From assembly GCF_009914755.1 (NCBI RefSeq), contig NC_060939.1: a stretch of 64,000 bases of DNA; one strand, given 5' to 3'. The notes under the pieces were generated by a model that did not search any database, was not told where the DNA came from, and saw nothing but the letters and a program-made list of their open reading frames with translations. This document shows, in pieces, positions 1 to 12,101 of the stretch (positions within the stretch are counted from its first letter, which is position 1; each line of letters opens with the position of its first letter). This DNA is from the human T2T-CHM13v2.0 reference genome, Homo sapiens. A program made the position numbers and the translations under genes.

Positions 1-210
1 TATTCTGAAGAATAAAAAAGTTTATAAAAAAAGTTGAGAAAAAAGCACCTTTGAACCGAAAAGAAACATATAATAAAAACTGACTACATTCCAAAAAATA
101 GAAATGACTCTTAAACTGTATTAAAGAAAGATTTTCACTAAAAGTTATATTACATCACATTTTACATCTAAAACGCTCTCTAGAATTTATAAAATTACAG
201 TTATTACTAC

Positions 211-349
211 CTTATATCTAGGTCCTAACTGATGAATTGCAAATATCTGTGCTGGGTTGAGTGCTTCACTGAATGGCAACAGGTTTAGCACAGAATACGC
301 TATTTGCATCGGCAGTTTCTGATGAACCACGAAAGCACTTGTCATAGCT
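211..349 (-). pseudogene. NBEA (neurobeachin) unprocessed pseudogene exon, frameshifted
   Basis: Flanked by ag (350-351) and gt (209-210) on the minus strand. Reads SYDKCFRGSSETADANSVFC, then shifts frame to FSEALNPAQIFAIHQLGPRYK. Recalled NBEA: SYDKCFLGSSETADANRVFCGQLGAVYVFSEALNPAQIFAIHQLGPGYK. 139 nt versus the expected 147 nt. Confidence 0.93.
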
Positions 350-1501
350 CTATTTTTAAAAGTCATTAAAAATGCATTATTTTTAATGATGAAAAGGTTT
401 AAATCCTTAAATCGGCCTTTAGGAATATTTTAAAATATAACAATAATAATAGAAGAAAGCATCAATTAAGACTTTATTATTTAAATAATAAATGCCAGTC
501 AAGTTTTTTGGGAAAAATGACCAATTACATGTTTTACACTTACATTTAAGCAAACAAAACAATAGCCACCTACTCAGTCTTCCGACTTACTTTTCAAATA
601 TTATAGTTAAAGGCAAAAGAGCTTATATTTATTTATTTACAAACGTTAAAATAATTTAAAACTGTCATGATGTATAATGATCCATATATAGAGAGATTGA
701 TCTGAATCAAGGGAATGACTATTCCAAAATGTAATCATGAAAACATAGGGTCTAATTTTTTAAATTCAACTTTATTTTTGAAATTATGAATCTATTCCTC
801 TATTCCTCCATATTTAGTAAAACACACAAAGAAAATAAATCCCCGCTCGTGTGTGAGTAGGAACTACACAGAACGAAACACACAATAAGACTATAATCTG
901 CTGCTTAAAGCAGATGGTACAGTGCTCTCCACATTGAGGAATTCAGCACTGAAGAAGCCAAAAGCTTAAGATCTTTCTAGCCTCTACATCTTACACCCCA
1001 CCCACCCAAACCAGGGAAAGCAGTCATGGCTCAGTTCCCTTCCCCTATCCTCAAAGGCTATTTCACACCTTAGAATGAATAAGCAAGAATCATATATGTA
1101 AGAAGTACTTTTGGTCCTTCAATAAAGTAACAAAAAGAATTGTGAATGCATACAAAGGCAAAAAGAACTGTCGTCATTAAATACCCAATCTTTAATTAGA
1201 AGTATAGGAACTTAAACTTTAACTGCATAAAGTATGTGTCATTATCTAGAATTCTCCACTTCTTAGGGCACTATTACAAATAACCAAAAAACGAAGTCTT
1301 TTCTTTCCAAGATACTGTCTTCTCATTGAATGAGTCAAGACGACCACTGGGATTTCTTCCACTCTATAATAAAAAGACTCTGCAGAGAAGATCTCCTCTG
1401 GAGAGAAGATAAAAAGCAGAATTTCATCTGTCTATTCTAATTCTGAAAACAACATTCTATTAAATATTAATTGGTTGTGGCACAACCATGAGTTTCTACG
1501 G

Positions 1502-1732
1502 CAGGGAAAAGCAACTTTTTCTATAAAGGGACAGACAGAAAATATTTTAAACTTTGCTTGCCACACCTGGTTTCTGTCCCATTCTTCTTTGATTCTGTTT
1601 GTGTCTCAAGAAACAAACAAACAAAAAACCTTTAAAAATTAAAAGCCAAGATTCTTAGGCCCCAGCTTACACAAAACCAGAAACAGGGGGAGGGTCAGAT
1701 TTGGCTCATAGGGTGTAGTCTGCCAAGCCCCG
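1502..1732. mobile_element. MER58-like hAT DNA transposon remnant
   Basis: gcaactttttctataaaggg...aaatattttaaactttg...gatttggctcatagggtgtagtctgccaagcccc resembles the MER58 consensus. Confidence 0.65.
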
Positions 1733-2149
1733 ATCTAGGGGACAAACTGTGGACCATACACACAGTGCTAGTTAAACGAATACAAGACACGATAAGCAAA
1801 TCCCTGCCCTTTGGGAAATTAAAGCCTAGAGAGAGATGCAAACAAAACTGAGAAATGAATTGTGTTTAAGAGGTAAGTTCTTGTAAAACCAGGTATGCTT
1901 GAAGGGTTGTATATTATTGAGCTTGGAAGTACTTTCAGCATTAAAACAAACCTTTTACTTTGACTCTGACAGGCCAGAATGTAGACAATGGAAAGCCCCA
2001 AGTAGAGAAACCGTAAGGACCCTTGAGGTTTTAATTCAAGTTGTTCTCTACCTAGAATCCAACTGTGTCACTTCTTCCACTGCTAACATACTGGTAGAAA
2101 CTCATATAATCTCTTTATTTTATTGCAATAAGCCATTTAAGTGATCTTC

Positions 2150-2600
2150 CTGCTTCTGTAATTTCCCTTCAAAATATTCTCAATACTGCAGGCAGACTGA
2201 TGTTTTTAAAATAGAAGCACACATCACTTGTCTGCTGAAAACCTTCCAAGGATTTTTAAGCTGAGTAAGATGCGAAAGCCCAGGCCTTACGTTTGCTTAT
2301 GAAGGCCAAAATGATTTCTGCCTAACCTCATCTCTTATTATTCTGCCTCTACCTCCCTCTGCTCCAGACAAACTGCCTTTTCCTTGAACTTTCCTATTCC
2401 GCCTCAAAGCCTTTGCACTCACTGTTCCCACTGAATAGAAGAAGTTCCCCACATACCTCGCTTGCTCAACTCTTCCTACTAAAATCATCTCTGGACCATC
2501 CGGCTCCTCCCTTCCCTACAACTACACTTTCTGTATCCCCAATTTATTTTCTCCATAGCATTTATCACGATGTAATTAATAATAGTGACTATATGTTATC
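2150..2600 (+). mobile_element. L2 fragment
   Basis: typical L2 3' motifs (aaaaccttccaa, gcctttgcactcactgttcc, catagcatttatcac). Confidence 0.65.
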
Positions 2601-2922
2601 CTTCTGTTTAGGGTCTTCTTTCTGTATCTAAATAAGGGGTAAACCACATTTTTTAGTGCTTGATGCTGGAATAAATAGAATACAGGATTCACGGTTTTTT
2701 TAATCTAAAAAACTTAAAACTTTGGCCAAATGTTCCTGTTTTTGTATCACTAATCATGTCTTTTAACAATTTTCTTATACTAAATTTAACAATGAAAGAT
2801 TCGTTTAATAAAAAAAAACTTTCAAAGTTTTAAGTTTCTACCAAACTATTTTATTATTCAACTCATATTGTAATGATAGCTCATACTCTCAAATTAAACC
2901 ACAGACAGAAAAATAGACTTAC

Positions 2923-3042
2923 ATCATTTGTGTTAACATGCCAAGCCATATCACCATAAGATACCAGTTGTCCATTAACGTAACACTGAATTTCATTGTT
3001 CCTCCATCGATTGTAAATGTGGACAATGCTGATCATGTACCA
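2923..3042 (-). pseudogene. NBEA unprocessed pseudogene exon (open, 120 nt)
   Basis: ag|...|gtaagt. Translates [40 protein letters not shown], matching the NBEA segment directly upstream of the 211-349 exon. Confidence 0.95.
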
Positions 3043-3719
3043 CTTACATAAAAAATTAAATATATCAATATGTAATGTTTGGTTATTACGGTCTAAAATG
3101 CAATTATAACATTCATAAAACCCTAGAAGAATATGCTGACAGAACTATTAATGATCATCTAATACCACTTCCTCAAGCTCCCCCTCCCATCCCTCATTTC
3201 ACAGATGGTAGAAGCGGCACATAAAGAATATTCATGGAGAAGACAAGAACTACAGCCTCTTGACCTCCAGAGTGATATTCTTTCCACTATACCAAGATTC
3301 AAAATTGTGGAAATACAATTTATTTATGTTCATTCATTTAAAATTTACATTGTGCTAGGCACTGCAGATACCCAAGGCTGACTAGTTCTCCTAGAAATTA
3401 TGAGCTATAAAAGAAATACATATGACACAATTAAACAAGTGTAGAATTATAAATCATGGTGATTACAGTGAGGAGAAAGAAAACAAAAACAGGAGAAGAA
3501 ACAAGAATACAAACATGAAATAGAAGCAGTAGCAAAAGAAAATGAAGAGGAACAAGAAAATGAGAAGAAAACACACAGCGGAAGAAAGGAAAAAGAACAG
3601 GTATGGGAATTAGAAGGCCTATAATACCTTTTATCCCCTTCTCGATTCATAAAATTTGAGTAACTCAAAGACTATCACAACAAAAAACAAGCAAAAGGAT
3701 ACACAAATAGTCATCCCCT

Positions 3720-5820
3720 AAATTTTGTTAAGAATGAGACAATGCTGCCACTCACGCCTAGCTCAGGCACCAGCAGGAGGGCACCCTCCAGAGATTGCAG
3801 GAGAAGGGGGAGAACTCTTCTTTGCCCTAGGTGTATCACCACCACTGCCACCGAAGCCTGTGTTACAGCACCCACAGGTTCCTCCCCACCCCAGAGTGGG
3901 ATGGGCCCTGCAGTGCTCCCATTCCCCCTTCCCGGCCCCCAGACTTCCTACTGCTACCACCACTAGCGCCAATGCCAATACAACCACTGTCGCCCTCAAT
4001 GTACCAGCCCACCCTACCAGCTCCTACCACCTGGCCCCCATGGGTGCCCTCCTCCCGCTCCGGTCGATGTGTGGTCTCCATCGCCACCACCAACCGCATG
4101 AGGCAAGCTGCAGAACCACGTCATCTGCAGGCTCGACCCTACCACAGGCGACTCCTCGCCTTCTCCTCCTTCAGCCTGGCTTGGAGTAGCTGGGCAGGCA
4201 AAGCCAGAAAAGCCCAAATCAGGATTCAGACAGTGGAACCGTTAGAGCCTCATCTTGTCACGCTGGTGACTGGGTGGCAGGCATCAGTTTCATTGAAGGC
4301 ACTCACATCCACCCTCCAAAGTCCAGCCTCTCCTTCTGGCAAAAGCTGGCCAGGAACTGGGGTCTGGGGTGGGAGTGAATGCCTTCACTGAAACCGGCCC
4401 CTGGCCAACTCCAGCTGACCAGGAATTGCTGGGCCCACCAGGGCTGCCCTCCTCAGGGAGCCCGAGTAGGAGAAACTCAGAACCAGCCAGCCCTCCCCAC
4501 CCAAGGGCTGGTTCCCATTCCTGACGCCTCCACCCACAGTGCCCTGTCCCCTGCTTCCCCCGTGGGTGCCTATTACTCCCTGCCCAGTAGTCCCAGGTGG
4601 TCTCCGCAACACAGAGCATGAGGGCGTGCCGGGAAACCACAGTGGGTGTGGGGGCCCTGCCGTGCAATCTAGCACGAGCAGGAGAAGATCGCCTTCTAGA
4701 GTCTGGAGTCCGGGAATAGAAGAACGATCCCTTACCTGGAGACCACCAGAAGGAAAGAGGCGGCCACTACTGTCGCTGCCGCTGCCGCCACCTCAGCTCG
4801 CCAACACCGCTGGCAGTGTAGCCCCCACAGCACCCCTAATCTGACCCCTGCCACTAGCAGTGTAGCCCCCGGATAGCACATCCAACACACCCTAGTTTCA
4901 GGCAATGTAACCCCAATACCTCCCCCAAAGCACTCCCCCCACACTGCAGGGAGTGTACCACCCAACAGTGCCCCAAATCTGACCCAGCCACGGGAGTTGC
5001 TGCACTAGATACCATCCCAAACCCACCTCCTCCCACCCCGCCACGGACAGTTCAGCTCTTGATGGCGCACCACCCCGAGTCAGCACCCAACAACGCCCCA
5101 GGCAGTGCAGCATCCAACAACGTCCCTAAACCACCCCCCACTGCCAGCATTGTAGCCCTGGATAACTCCACCCAACCCACCCCCTGCCGCTGGCAGTGCA
5201 GCAGAAGATAGCGCCCCTAATCCTTCCCCAGCCACCGGCAGTATACGCTAGTGTACACAATCTGCTTTCCCCGACCACCCCTGCCACCGCAGGCAGTATA
5301 GCCCCAGATAGCCAGCCAACCTGCCCCACCACCAGCAATGCCACCCCGGAGAGTGCCCCCAACCAGACCACTGCCACAGGCAGGGTAGCCTCTAGCAGTG
5401 AGCCCCAGTAGGACACCCAACCCTTGCCCCCAGAGGCGTGCAGGGCAGCCCCGGGAAACTCACCTACCCCATCACATTTCTACCACTGTGGCCGAGCTGC
5501 AGTCTCCGACGTCACCACCAACCACAGCGAGGCGAACCAACCAGAGCGAGGCCAGCCACGGTGGCACAGGCTCCAGCCTCCAGCATGTGGCAGTGCCTCT
5601 TCCTTCTCCTAGTCCTCCAGCCCAGCAGGAGAAGCTCCCGCTGCCGGGCGCTCTCCTACTGCTCTGTCGCCACCACCAACCACAGCGAAACAGTGTCCCA
5701 CGCTCCAGGGCTCCAGGCTCCATCCATCCTCCAGCTTCAAGCAGGAGAAAGGTTGCGGCCTCTTCCAGTTCTCTAAGCCGGTCACGGGATAGCTCTTCCT
5801 CTAGACACAGAAGAGCTTGA
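3720..5820 (-). other. GC-rich (CpG-island-like) 5' module with minus-strand splice donors
   Basis: Abrupt GC rise. Minus-strand donors AG|GTGAGT (exon end 5464), CAG|GTAAGG (exon end 4736) and GC|GTGAGT (exon end 3756). Lies just downstream of the leftward TATA box. Confidence 0.6.
4805..5420. repeat. Degenerate GC-rich minisatellite, period about 40-45 bp
   Basis: recurring unit ~cccctgccactggcagtgtagccccggatagcaccccaac, roughly a dozen diverged copies. Confidence 0.75.
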
Positions 5821-5837
5821 AATGACCTGATACGACC

Positions 5838-6101
5838 TCAGCATGCTTTATATACCGAGGTTATGCAAATGCATTTCCTGGACTACATGTTCTGATTGGA
5901 TGAGAGAAAAAAACCTCTAGGCCTACTCTGATTGGACTTTGTTTTCATGCTGTGATTGGTTGTGTTAAGACTTGCTCTCAACCAATCAGAACATGATAAT
6001 AAAGTCCAATCAGAGTAAGCCTGGAGGTTTTTTCTCATCCAATCAAAACATGCAGTCCAGGAACCTCCGTGGGCATAACCGCAGTATATAAATGATGCTG
6101 A
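5838..6101. promoter_or_regulatory. Palindromic bidirectional Pol II promoter (TATA + 3xCCAAT per arm; octamer on left arm)
   Basis: Arms 5838-5962 and 5979-6101 are reverse complements, with a 16-bp spacer. TATATAAA at 5847-5854 (-) and 6085-6092 (+). ATTGG at 5895, 5931, 5955; CCAAT at 5982, 6006, 6039. ATGCAAAT at 5863-5870. Confidence 0.8.
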
Positions 6102-6170
6102 AGACAGGTCAGGTTTATTCAGGTTCCTGTATTTTCCTGTCGAGTTGCTAGCTGCCCGTCGTAGAGGACT

Positions 6171-6950
6171 AAAAAAAATTAATGAAAATTGCTAAATCAA
6201 TGACGCTTTCAGAAGTTCCCTGTTTTTGACATCAGAGTCATATTATAATGCTCTATTTTCTGTTTCCTCACCTAAACAGAATTTTGCTTCAGGCAATTTT
6301 TTATCTGAACTTCTGTTTGTAGAAACCAGGGACATTTATTGAATTGTTTCTGGCTGGCTATTTGATCTTAACAAAGCATTTAAATGATACTGATGCCCTG
6401 GCTTGAGCAACGGAGCATCCCAGACTTTCAGTTAGTTGCACATAGCACACATACAATTCATTTGAGTTACAGCTAAATGCAATTACAGGCCTCAGAGCTA
6501 ATATATAGATCACTTTTTATTTAAGGCAATTCACCTTTGAATTGGTTAACCTTTAATTGTTTATAAAATAATAAGATGGGAAACAAAGTTGCTACCCAAT
6601 ATGTTAGTTTCCCCAAATAAACACTTATTTAAAGGTTCATTTGTTAATCAAGTATCTGGAAGTTGAAATACATTTTTATGAAAGGAAATAAATTTTAGGT
6701 GATGATTAGGTTTTTATCAAGAGCTGAAGTTTTTAATAATGAACAGGGAGAGATACTATGGCAAAACAGTAATTGAATAAAACATAAATTCAATAAAATG
6801 ATATGAAAAATCAATGACATTTATCCTGAGTCAAATATAAAGAGAATTAAATTGAGGATGATAAAATGTTTCTAATCATTGTTCCACCAGTATTTGACCT
6901 TGAGCAAACTGCCTGGGGGCCATATTTGGTAGACAGATGAGGATGTACAC
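6171..6950 (+). repeat. Copy A of locally duplicated segment
   Basis: 6171-6824 is the reverse complement of 8156-8812; 6735-6950 is directly repeated at 7894-8113. Confidence 0.95.
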
Positions 6951-7179
6951 TTTCTTTTAAATACTTGAGAATTAGCTTAAGTGCTATCATTTGATAACTT
7001 GCTCGGTATTTCATAAATGCCAGGAAATTAACTCAAATCCTTTGATGAGCTGCATTTTCTGTATTCAATTTGTGTAAGTTCAACAAATATTTATTGAGGG
7101 TCTTCCATATGCTGGGTATGTGTCTTCGCAAAATAAAGTACATTATGAAAGATGTGATGCTCAATAGTATATCATCAGT

Positions 7180-7860
7180 GAATTGCAAATTAAAATCTAA
7201 ATGAGATATCACTATATATCCACTGGATTGTCTAATATTTTAAAGTTGTCAGTATTAAATATTGGGAAAAATGTGGAGCAGCTGGAACACTCATACATTG
7301 CCAGTGGGAGATTAAAATGGTGCAGCACTTTGTAAAGCTAAACATATATTTACTATACTACCCAATAATACCACTAAGTATTTACCAAGAGAAAACAATT
7401 GTCTACACAAAGACTTGTACATGAATGTTCACCGTAGCTTTATTCATCATAGCTAAAAACTGGAAACAACTCAAAAACAGAAAAGTAAATTGATGAGCAA
7501 ATTGTGGTATATCAATTTAATGGGATACCATCCAACAATGAAATAAATAATGAACGATAACACTGATTGACATCAATAATCTCAAAATCATTATCCTATG
7601 TTAATGAAGCCAGACACAAATAAGTATTTTGTATATTATTTTATTTGCATAAAAATTTATAACAGGAAAATCTAATCTATAATGGCAAAAAGTAGATTCA
7701 TGGTTGTCTGAGCTAAGGGGTAGAGGAAGATTGATGGACTGCAAAATGCAAAAGGGAACTCCTTGAGGGTGATGGAAATAGTCTATATCCTGATTAGCAA
7801 GGTGGTTACATGCATGTATACCTTTCTCAAAACTCATAGAACATACACTTAAAATGTGCA
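7180..7860 (+). mobile_element. Old L1 (L1M-type) 3' fragment
   Basis: gaattgcaaattaaaa...atgtggagcagctggaacactc...aaaactggaaacaac...gagggtgatggaaat L1M 3' motifs. Confidence 0.75.
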
Positions 7861-7893
7861 GTGCTGGCTGGGTGCAGTGATATGGCTCATACC

Positions 7894-8113
7894 AATAATG
7901 AACAGGGAGAGATACTATGGCAAAACAGTAATTGAATAAAACATAAATTCAATAAAATGATATGAAAAATCAATGTTTGACATTTATCCTGAGTCAAATA
8001 TAAAGAGAATTAAATTGAGGATGATAAAATGTTTCTAATTATTGTTCCACCAGTATGTGACCTTGAGCAAACTGCCTGGGGGCCATATTTGGTAGACAGA
8101 TGAGGATGTACAC
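7894..8113 (+). repeat. Copy B: 220-bp templated direct duplication of 6735-6950
   Basis: near-identical sequence, bracketed by a repeated 20-mer cagtg(a/g)tatggctcatacca (7875-7894, 8113-8132). Confidence 0.95.
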
Positions 8114-8155
8114 AGTGGTATGGCTCATACCACTGCACCCAGCCAGCACTGCACA

Positions 8156-8812
8156 ATAAATGTCAAACATTGATTTTTCATATCATTTTATTGAATTTAT
8201 GTTTTATTCAATTACTGTTTTGCCATAGTATCTCTCCCTGTTCGTTATTAAAAACTTCAGCTCTTGATAAAAACCTAATCATCACCTAAAATTTATTTCC
8301 TTTCATAAAAATGTATTTCAACTTCCAGATACTTGATTAACAAATGAACCTTTAAATAAGTGTTTTTTTGGGGAAACTAACATATTGGGTAGCAACTTTG
8401 TTTCCCATCTTATTATTTTATGAACAATTAAAGGTTAACCAATTCAAAGGTGAATTGCCTTAAATAAGAAGTGATCTATATATTAGCTCTGAGGCCTGTA
8501 ATTGCATTTAGCTGTAACTCAAATGAATTGTATGTGTGCTATGTGCAACTAACTGAAAGTCTGGGATGCTCCGTTGCTCAAGCCAGGGCATCAGTATCAT
8601 TTAAATGCTTTGTTACGATCAAATAGCCAGCCAGAAACAATTCAATAAATGTCCCTGGTTTCTACAAACAGAAGTTCAGATAAAAAATTGCCTGAAGCAA
8701 AATTCTGTTTAGGTGAGGAAACAGGAAATAGAGCATTATAATATGACTCTGATGTCAAAAACAGGGAACTTCTGAAAGCGTCATTGATTTAGCAATTTTC
8801 ATTAATTCTTTT
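8156..8812 (-). repeat. Copy C: ~655-bp inverted duplication of 6171-6824
   Basis: direct reverse-complement comparison shows only scattered mismatches. Confidence 0.95.
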
Positions 8813-9819
8813 AACCAAAAAAACTGCTCTTTTGTAGTCCTTTTTAAAAGAGAAAAAAAGGGAAAAATGCCTTACTTAGCCCTTGGCACACATTTTATTA
8901 TTCATTTCTAACATGGCATGTCACATTGACAACTCGTTTTAAGTTTGAATTTTTCTTACTAAGTAATCATTTTGTATATGTTATTTTTTCATTGAATTAC
9001 AGTGTATGAGAAGCAGTCTCTCAAATCACCACATAGAATATGTGACAATCAGTTTAGTTTGTAGTCAATGTTCATTATTCCTCTATGTTTCTTTATTTTG
9101 GTAGTTTAGTCATAGTTCTTAACAACTGCCTTGAAATTTAGAGATAAAAATAATGTCTAATTTTAGTATCTTTAGTCACAAAAATAGCTGTGGAACAAAC
9201 TATAGACTAGGAAGACAGAAGGATGAGTCTTCAGATATCCTATTTCATATTAGTTGAAGAAGATTTCTTAAAACATTCCTGTTTCTCCCTACATTTATTC
9301 AGGAATTGGTTGAGGGAAAAGGAGAGTAGAGAGAAATTCAACAGATACTTAATTTCTGGTTGGTGCTTTGCCTATATATTACCGTGCTGTTGCATTACTG
9401 ACACTTATCACAGTGTGGGTTGCTAGTTATTAAATGTAATGGAATAACCTGATTTATTGTTTATAACACGCATAATTTAGAAATGTTGAAGATAAAGCTC
9501 TTCAGTTTAAATTGATAAATTATCCAAGATTATATATTAATAATATGTGCTTGATTAAGTCGGTGAACTCAGATTTGGGCAATTCTGAGGTTCATGCTCT
9601 GTCCAATACCATAGTAAAAATTTACAAAATATTTCATGAAAGGAGACATGTGACAATTGGGAAAGCCACAAGAATTTATGAGTTAATATTTATGAAGACC
9701 TCTGAAAATCCATAAGTATAATAGATTTTTATTTAGTATGTGTTTTTCAGAAGAAATAATTTTCAGGTATTTGCTTAGTTTTTGAATAGTTAAAATTAGG
9801 CTCTTAAAATTTATTTGGA

Positions 9820-10012
9820 ACCTGGACAACATAGTGAGATTTTGTCCTTACTTAAAAAAAAAAATTATCTGGGTGTGGTGGTGTGTATCTGTGATCTCAG
9901 CTGCCTGGGAGGCTGAGATGGGAGGAGAGTTTGAGCCCAGGAGGTCAATGCTGCAGTGAGCTGTGTTTGCACTACTGCTTACCACCTCTGGTGACACAGA
10001 CCTTGTCTCAAT
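9820..10012 (+). mobile_element. Partial AluJ
   Basis: cctggacaacatagtgaga...A-linker...gggaggctgagatgggagga. Confidence 0.75.
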
Positions 10013-12101
10013 TTTTTTTTTTAAATTTGGCTTAAGTCAGTCACCTTTTATATTTAATTATAATGCAAAGTCAGTGATGTTTTGATATTTTAGATTACAT
10101 ATCATGGAAGATTAAAATCATCACATTATTTTGAATTTTTTTCTACTAGTTGGTGAAAAAGATTTTTTTATGCATGCTCTAAATCTAAAATATGTATAAT
10201 CAAGTCATAATCCTTAATTTACAGAAACTTGAGTATTTTATTTGGGGTATATACTATTATTTTAATATCTAGAATGGGAAACTCATTGTGGCAGAAACTC
10301 AAACAAGAGCTTCCTCTAAATTTGATCTTCCTCTTTCTCTGAACGTGTTACTATGCTTTCTAAGCATTATGAGGTTCCAGAGAAGAGATTTTCACTTTAG
10401 TTTGTATCAAATTCATGAGTGAATAAATTCTACAGTGTGCTTAAAACACTCTGAGAAGTAGGATAGGGAAAAACTCTATAATCCTCTTATGGGTTTTTTT
10501 TAATGTGTTAATAAAATAATAATATGCCATCTACTTAAAATCCTTTTTGCAACAAGGTGCAGGGATAAATAAATAGTCCAAGTAACATGATATTTTCAAT
10601 TTTAGGCAAAAGCTCTGACAAGACTTTGATCCTTCTTCAAGGCCTGGTAGGTCTGAAATAATCTTATCCGCACATGAAAAACATTCAAAGCATTTAAAGG
10701 ACCTGGCTATAATTGCACAGTTCATGGTGGCAACTCATAGAATAAAGTTCAACTAATTCATTCCTTAGTCACATGTCATCCATTAGTTTAGCAATCTTGG
10801 ATTCCTTAAGATTAAAGTATAATGAATAGTCTCTCTTCATTTGACTAACAAAGGGGACTAATGCCTTCCGCAAAACAGAACTTTTTCTTTCCCTTTCATG
10901 ATACTGTATTTATGTGTTCTCATAACAAATCTTTCCTCTTTCAGTCGCTCAGAACAGATAAAGATAAATGAAGAATAATCTATCGATATTAGCATAATTC
11001 TGTGAAGAACTATAGCAATGTCTTGTTTACAAAAGCCAATTATACAAATGTTATGCATAATGCACTCAGGAATTCATTTAAACCAGGGGTTTTGAGTTAC
11101 ATGTTATAAGTACTAGACAACAGCTGTTTCCCTGGTGTATGATGGAGCCAACACCAGTCAGAGGTATATTATTACATCTGATTATCAGTCAGGATAAGGT
11201 AGGCAATTCTTTGGTAACAAACCATCCTCAAATCTCAGTGCTTATATAGGCACTATTTCTTGCTCCACTAGATGGTTCATACTTGCTCACACTACCCATC
11301 ATGGGTCGTTAGGAGATCTCTGCTTATGGTCACTCAGGAATTCATCTGACAAAGGAGCCACCACCTTGAATATCATGGGTCACTGTGCTGGAAGCAAAAG
11401 AGAGAAATGTGGTGGGTTTACCATCAACATTTAAGTACTCTGGCCCAGAAGTGGATTGTCACTTCTACTCATCACTTACGGGTGACAAGTGCTAGAACTG
11501 GTCACCTAACCCCACCGCAAGGGGACCAGCATGTACAATCTTACCATATGGATGTAAGGAGACAGAACAGGAAATATCTGTGAAACAGTGGTATTGTCAA
11601 AACCAATGTGTAAGATTAACTTCTGCTTAAACAAGTATATGTATTATTGCAGCAGTGCTGGTCAAAAATAACTGCTGGATGGAGTAGTAGGTTACAGAAA
11701 TTATGTAGACTGGGTACAACTTGCTGCAAGTAAGAGATGAGCTGCATAGTGCTAAATAAAGATGGCATACTTTCTGGAACATATGAGAAATTTGTCCTTT
11801 TAAGTATAAAGGAATGAGGTCAAGACAATAATCATTTTCACTGAAGCAGTTAGTTACATGGAGCTGACGAGTTGTTATGGATACTTTTCAGACACTCTGG
11901 GACAGAATTTTACGGTGGAAGTATGCACTGTAATGATTCAGGACTTGACTGGCGATATTTTGGGTATCTTAACCTCCTCCTTAAATAGGCTACCAAAAAT
12001 TTGAAACCAAAAGGGCTGAGAATCACTGCTTTAAAAAGTGAGTTATGATTGGAGGGAATAGGGTCCATCCTCTAATAAACAGTAAAGAAATCAGAAGTCC
12101 T

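Noticed and set aside
4805-5420. CRISPR-like array
   Set aside because: Eukaryotic degenerate minisatellite with no constant repeat/unique spacer pattern and no cas genes.
3725-5820. Many overlapping 60-186 aa ORFs in the GC module
   Set aside because: Expected in stop-poor GC-rich repetitive DNA. They occur on both strands, many with non-ATG starts, and show no recognisable domain.
5700-6170. Histone H2A/H2B gene pair suggested by the promoter layout
   Set aside because: No histone-like coding sequence downstream of either TATA box.
8672-10975. Possible small plus-strand exons (e.g. 10606-10646)
   Set aside because: Splice-like flanks, but no recognisable protein in any frame; could be chance.
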